Shown in pieces: positions 54,392-56,562 of a stretch of DNA of 56,562 bases (position 1 is the stretch's first letter; every line of letters begins with the position of its first letter). Source of the DNA: a virus. The stretch is taken from positions 1 to 56,562 of IMG/VR virus record IMGVR_UViG_3300045988_087505. One strand, 5' to 3'. The notes below the pieces were generated by a model that saw nothing but the letters and a program-made list of their open reading frames with translations, had not been told where the DNA came from and did not search any database. The translations under genes and the position numbers were made by a program.

Positions 54392-56562
54392 ATGTATAAA
54401 TCCAGTGAAAAATTTTCGACAGCAATAGAAAAAAATGGTGGAAGAACATTTCGTCCAAAACTTATCTTTGATGGATTTGAGTTAGAAACTGAAATTCATT
54501 CTTTGAACTATAATGGCGGAAGTAATGGAGAAGATAATATCACAATCGGTTCAGCTGTTTCTGCTACCTTGGAAATTAAAATGGATAAAGTACCTCACTT
54601 GCTTACAAAACAAAATTTTTCTTTTAATTTAGGAATCCTTTGTGAAGATGGCAGCTATGAATTTATTCCTATGGGCAAATTTAACGCAGAAAAGCCAGAA
54701 ACAACAGATTATGAAATTAATGTAACGGCTTACGATAACATGGTATTGGCTGAAAGAACGTACAATTCACAGCTTACATATCCAACTACCACAACTGCCG
54801 TCATGAAAGAAATTTGCAATGCAATAGGTGTTTCTTTTGTGACAGAGATTGAAAGCATTACAATAAACAACCCATCGTCAGAAGAGGGTGCAAGCAATTC
54901 AGCATTTGCTGGATATACTATGAGAGAGGCAATCGGTTACATTGCAGGACTTTATGGAAAATTTGCTATATTTAACCGGTTAGGACAGCTTGAATTTCGA
55001 TGGTATGAGGATTCTGACTATGATGTAAAACTTAGTAAAACTTACTCTTTTGCCAAAGATGAGCAGGATTACTCTATTGACCAGTTAATCGTGTTACAGA
55101 ACCAGGAGACAACTTTTAAAGCCGGAAGTGGAGTGAATGGGATTTCTTGTAGCAATCCGTTTGCCACACAGTCAATCGTGGATGCCATTTATCAAAAAAT
55201 CGGAGGATTTACTTTCCGGAAAGGAACTGTTAAGTTTTTGGGAGACTGCCGGATTGACCCTTGGGATATTATAAGTGTGGAGGATTTAGCCGGAAGGACT
55301 TACAAAATCCCGGTCATGTCAATTTCCCACAGTGTAGATGGAGGATTAACAACTAATATCGAATCATTTTCTAACGATAATGACGATGTTTCCGATAGCT
55401 TTAGCGGTCCTGTCACGAAAGCCATGGAAAGAACTTATGCACAACTTTTAATGGTAAACAAACTAATTGCTGACAGGGTTACTGCCGATTACGTTGAAGC
55501 TAATTATGTTAAAACAAAAGAAATTGATGCAATACAAGCCAACATCGAAACAGCAGTGATAACAAATCTCCAGGGCAAATTTGCTACGATTGAATATATA
55601 AAAGCAAATTACGCAACAGTCGAAAATCTGAATGTTGCGATAGGAAGAATTTCAACACTTGAAACAAATTCATTAACTGCAAACAGTGCGGTTATAACCA
55701 CATTGAAATCAAGTGTCGCAGATATCAATACACTTCTTTTCGGCAATGCATCTGGTGGTAGTTTAAGCACTGAATTTTCCAACAGTGTAGTATCACTTAT
55801 CGGAAACGCACAAATAAAAAGTGCAATGATTGAAAGTCTTGATGCAAGCAAAATCACAGCACTTGACCTTAATACAACTAAGTTTAAGGTTCACAGTGAA
55901 AACGGAATGTCTTACTGGCAAGATAACACAATTGTTATCAAAGATACGAAAAGGGTCAGAGTTCAGATAGGTAAAGATGCTAATTCGGACTACAATATGT
56001 ACGTTTGGGATAAGTCTGGAAATCTGATGTTTGATGCCGTTGGATTAACTGAAAAGGGCATCAATCGACCAGTCATCCGGAATGACATGGTAAAAGAAGA
56101 TGCTAATATTTCTGCAAGTAAGTTAGATATCAGCAGTCTTTTCAATGCAATAAACAACGATGGCAGCCACACGTTGAAAAGCAGTAAAATTTATGTTGAT
56201 GCAAACAAACAGACGCTTGATGTTGCGTTTAAAAACATGACTACGAATGTTACGGAGATACAGAAGTCTGTAACAACCCAAGGGACACAGCTTACAACAG
56301 TACAGGGGCAGATAAGTTCTAAGGTTTGGCAACAGGACATTACTACTGCTGTGAATGGATTGCAAATTGGCGGAAGGAATCTTTACAAGGGAACAAAATA
56401 CTGGAATGGTGAATGGATAGTAAAAGACGGAGTAACAATAGCAGAAGATGTAGCAAAAATGACAGCGGTGGCTTATCCGTATTATGGAACTGTTGCTGTT
56501 AAAAGCAAGGAACAATACACAATAAGTTTAGATGTAAAAAGTGATGTTGCTCATACGACTAC
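54392..56562 (+). CDS. Tail-associated / tail fibre protein, N-terminal part. It runs off the window end and continues at base 3.
   Basis: AGGAGG RBS and ATG at 54392. No stop in this frame up to the window end (spot-checked). The N-terminus looks like the prophage-tail / minor structural protein family. Not in the ORF track because it lacks a stop. Confidence 0.85.
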   Translation, partial: MYKSSEKFSTAIEKNGGRTFRPKLIFDGFELETEIHSLNYNGGSNGEDNITIGSAVSATLEIKMDKVPHLLTKQNFSFNLGILCEDGSYEFIPMGKFNAEKPETTDYEINVTAYDNMVLAERTYNSQLTYPTTTTAVMKEICNAIGVSFVTEIESITINNPSSEEGASNSAFAGYTMREAIGYIAGLYGKFAIFNRLGQLEFRWYEDSDYDVKLSKTYSFAKDEQDYSIDQLIVLQNQETTFKAGSGVNGISCSNPFATQSIVDAIYQKIGGFTFRKGTVKFLGDCRIDPWDIISVEDLAGRTYKIPVMSISHSVDGGLTTNIESFSNDNDDVSDSFSGPVTKAMERTYAQLLMVNKLIADRVTADYVEANYVKTKEIDAIQANIETAVITNLQGKFATIEYIKANYATVENLNVAIGRISTLETNSLTANSAVITTLKSSVADINTLLFGNASGGSLSTEFSNSVVSLIGNAQIKSAMIESLDASKITALDLNTTKFKVHSENGMSYWQDNTIVIKDTKRVRVQIGKDANSDYNMYVWDKSGNLMFDAVGLTEKGINRPVIRNDMVKEDANISASKLDISSLFNAINNDGSHTLKSSKIYVDANKQTLDVAFKNMTTNVTEIQKSVTTQGTQLTTVQGQISSKVWQQDITTAVNGLQIGGRNLYKGTKYWNGEWIVKDGVTIAEDVAKMTAVAYPYYGTVAVKSKEQYTISLDVKSDVAHTT
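56508..56562. repeat. Terminal overlap, identical to 1..55
   Basis: See feature 1..55. Confidence 0.95.

Overview
The window is a complete temperate tailed-phage genome with siphovirus-type gene order. It was assembled as a circle: the first 55 nt are repeated exactly at the end, so the unique length is 56507 bp. The sequence is AT-rich with Firmicutes/Clostridia-style signals (GGAGG ribosome-binding sites, TTGACA-17-TATAAT promoters, hairpin plus T-run terminators). No rRNA, CRISPR array, transposase or sign of stop-codon recoding was seen.

Modules in order round the circle:
- Tail fibre, whose ORF spans the contig junction.
- Amidase endolysin.
- Two membrane/lipoprotein morons, including a three-repeat Ltp-type superinfection-exclusion lipoprotein.
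- CI-like repressor and Rha/KilAC antirepressor switch.
- Early, recombination and replication genes: Spo0A_C-like protein, Rad50-like ATPase, RecT, MBL-fold hydrolase, two SSB-type genes, YopX, DnaD-like protein, DnaB.
- DNA-modification block: a PAPS-reductase-family gene split by an (ACAG)8.5 tract, GIY-YIG, MT-A70 methyltransferase, short C5-methyltransferase-like gene.
- Sigma-like regulator.
- Large serine integrase.
- A compositionally extreme 5-6 gene cluster (Q/N-rich, Gly/Cys-rich membrane protein, possible C1q/TNF-like protein).
- A ~7-kb island of unknown genes in divergent, palindrome-controlled operons.
- Late promoter with leader terminator, then terS.
- tRNA-Gln followed by ~430 nt of tRNA-like/structured RNA.
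- Small Cys-rich genes, including three tandem paralogues.
- terL, portal, scaffold, capsid, connectors, a displaced holin pair, tail tube, chaperone with a -1 frameshift, 1415-aa tape measure and distal tail genes.

Best candidates for something new:
1. The tetranucleotide-repeat ON/OFF switch in the PAPS-reductase gene.
2. The integrase-adjacent low-complexity, surface/spore-coat-like cluster.
3. The non-canonical tRNA-like array.
4. The ~100-bp direct repeats that bracket the whole late module.
5. The 16-bp inverted repeats flanking the integrase gene.
6. The unknown-function accessory island.

All functional calls come from motif recognition by eye. No database search was possible.
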